Notes under the pieces: model-generated | What the model was told of the DNA's origin: nothing | The model's input: the letters and a program-made list of their open reading frames with translations, nothing else | The model's database searches: none | Program-made: the position numbers and the translations under genes | Assembly: GCA_944381215.1 (NCBI GenBank) | Contig: CALWKF010000002.1 | Span: 22,684 to 46,683, forward strand | From: an uncultured Clostridia bacterium | GTDB lineage: Bacteria; Bacillota; Clostridia; Christensenellales; UBA1242 | Reading direction: 5' to 3' | DNA length: 24,000 nucleotides | Shown: in pieces, positions 22,796 to 24,000 of the stretch | Layout of the letters: each line of letters begins with the position of its first letter | Numbering within the stretch: the first letter of the stretch is position 1

Positions 22796-22824
22796 ATTAT
22801 ACCCGAAAAGGCCAAAAATTACAA
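22796..22824 (-). promoter_or_regulatory. Candidate trxA promoter (TTGTAA-17-TATAAT)
   Basis: Minus strand reads TTGTAA (22824-22819), 17 nt, then TATAAT (22801-22796), in the 52-bp hisS-trxA gap. Confidence 0.45.
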
Positions 22825-22832
22825 ACAAAAAT

Positions 22833-24000
22833 CTATAAGTTTTTGAAATTTGCAGTACTAGAGAGTATTTCGCCAGTCTCCAAATCTTTTATCTGCCATT
22901 CGCGTGTTTTTGCCTCATTCTCGCCGATTACTATTAGGTATTTAGCACCGATCGTGTTCGCGTACTTCATTTGCGCCTTGAAACTACGGGCGGTTAGATT
23001 TGTTTCTACCGAGTAGCCTGCATTACGATACTCTTTTGCTAATTCAAATACAAAAGGCAGTACGTCCTCGGTCGTGTTGGCGATGTAGTATAGTGGTGTA
23101 TTAGGGACTAGCGACTGGTCAACCAAGTGAACGACTCGGTCGAGCCCAATTCCCACACCAAGTGCTGGGCAAGGCTTCCCGCCGATTTCAGCAACAAGGT
23201 TATCGTACCTGCCACCTGCTGCGATTGTGAGTTTTTTGCCGTCAAAACCGTCGTGCTCGAACTCGAAAACGGTTTTCGTGTAGTAATCAAGCCCGCGCAC
23301 GAGCCTCGGTGTAACAGTAAAACCTACACCCTGCTCATTTAGTAGCCTCTGTAACTCCTCGAAGTGCGCTCTACATTCATCGCAGAGGTAGTCTAATATG
23401 CTGTGGGCGTCCTTTAAGATGTTTTGGCACGACTCGACCTTGCAGTCAAGCATACGCAAGGGGTTCTCATTCGCCCTACGTTTACAATCACCACATAGTG
23501 AGTCAAGGTGTGCAGAGGCGAACTCGCGCAAAGCCACGTTATACTTCGCACGGCACTCGGGACAGCCTATTGAATTTAGAAGCAAATTGTAGTCCTTGAT
23601 GCCCAAAGCGTGCAAAAAGTTACTAATCAGCACGATTAGTTCCGCATCGGCCTCTGGGTTAGATGCTCCAAAACACTCGAGTCCAAACTGATTAAACTCA
23701 CGATAACGGCCCTTTTGTGTGTTCTCGTAGCGGAAGCAATTGGAAAAATAATAGAGCTTTTGTGGCAAGGCCTCGTTTAACATTCCGTTCTCGACAACTG
23801 CACGCACGACCCCTGCGGTGCCTTCGGGACGAAGAGCCAAGTGCCTCTCGCCTTTGTCTATAAACTCATACATTTCTTTTGAAACAATGTCGCTGGTATC
23901 CCCTACACTACGCTTATACAAAGCCACATCCTCAAATGTCGGGGTGCGAATTTCGCGGTAATTATATAGGCCCGCAATCTTTCTGCCAGTGTCTTCTAAA
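22833..24000 (-). CDS. hisS: Histidine--tRNA ligase; N-terminus lies beyond the window end
   Basis: The track M at 23927 is an internal GTG. The frame stays open to base 24000 (..LEDTGRKIAGLYNYREIRTPTFEDVALYKRSVGDTSDIVSKEMYEF..LRPEGTAGVVRA). Class II motifs and the C-terminal anticodon-binding domain are present. Confidence 0.92.
   Translation of the reverse strand, partial: LEDTGRKIAGLYNYREIRTPTFEDVALYKRSVGDTSDIVSKEMYEFIDKGERHLALRPEGTAGVVRAVVENGMLNEALPQKLYYFSNCFRYENTQKGRYREFNQFGLECFGASNPEADAELIVLISNFLHALGIKDYNLLLNSIGCPECRAKYNVALREFASAHLDSLCGDCKRRANENPLRMLDCKVESCQNILKDAHSILDYLCDECRAHFEELQRLLNEQGVGFTVTPRLVRGLDYYTKTVFEFEHDGFDGKKLTIAAGGRYDNLVAEIGGKPCPALGVGIGLDRVVHLVDQSLVPNTPLYYIANTTEDVLPFVFELAKEYRNAGYSVETNLTARSFKAQMKYANTIGAKYLIVIGENEAKTREWQIKDLETGEILSSTANFKNL

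Noticed and set aside
1-24000. Scan for CRISPR arrays, tRNA/rRNA genes, transposase or integrase genes, long inverted or direct repeats, and toxin-antitoxin or defence cassettes
   Set aside because: None were recognised. All large ORFs are accounted for by conserved housekeeping or sporulation families, and the intergenic spacers are at most about 300 bp.

Overview
This is a low-GC Firmicutes (Clostridia-like) chromosomal segment, and almost all genes are on the minus strand. It holds the conserved sporulation and housekeeping block known from Bacillus and Clostridium. In transcription order: hisS (5' end off-window), trxA, nifS-nifU, a 44-aa membrane peptide missing from the ORF track, a tandemly duplicated hexapeptide-repeat protein, the complete spoIIIAA-AH operon, asp23-like, nusB, xseA, xseB, a DUF21-like membrane protein and argR. 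These are followed by an orphan glycine-zipper ORF, a plus-strand NitT/TauT-type ABC importer, pgsA, a self-contained 77-aa membrane protein, spoIIGA-sigE-sigG, recN, spoIVB and a Spo0A-like gene whose C-terminus runs off base 1. I found no rRNA, tRNA, CRISPR array, transposase, integrase or recognisable defence island. I cannot point to a clear multi-gene novel system. The observations most worth follow-up are: (1) the gene at the spo0A position has a receiver domain lacking the phospho-acceptor Asp, a rewritten recognition helix and low GC; (2) a two-module YdcK-like beta-helix protein sits between two terminators next to spoIIIA; (3) the IscU/NifU scaffold has its second ligand Cys displaced; (4) the recN operator is non-Cheo-box; (5) several small membrane proteins form tightly delimited transcription units. 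All protein-family calls come from reading motifs by eye and comparing with sequences recalled from memory. No searches were run.
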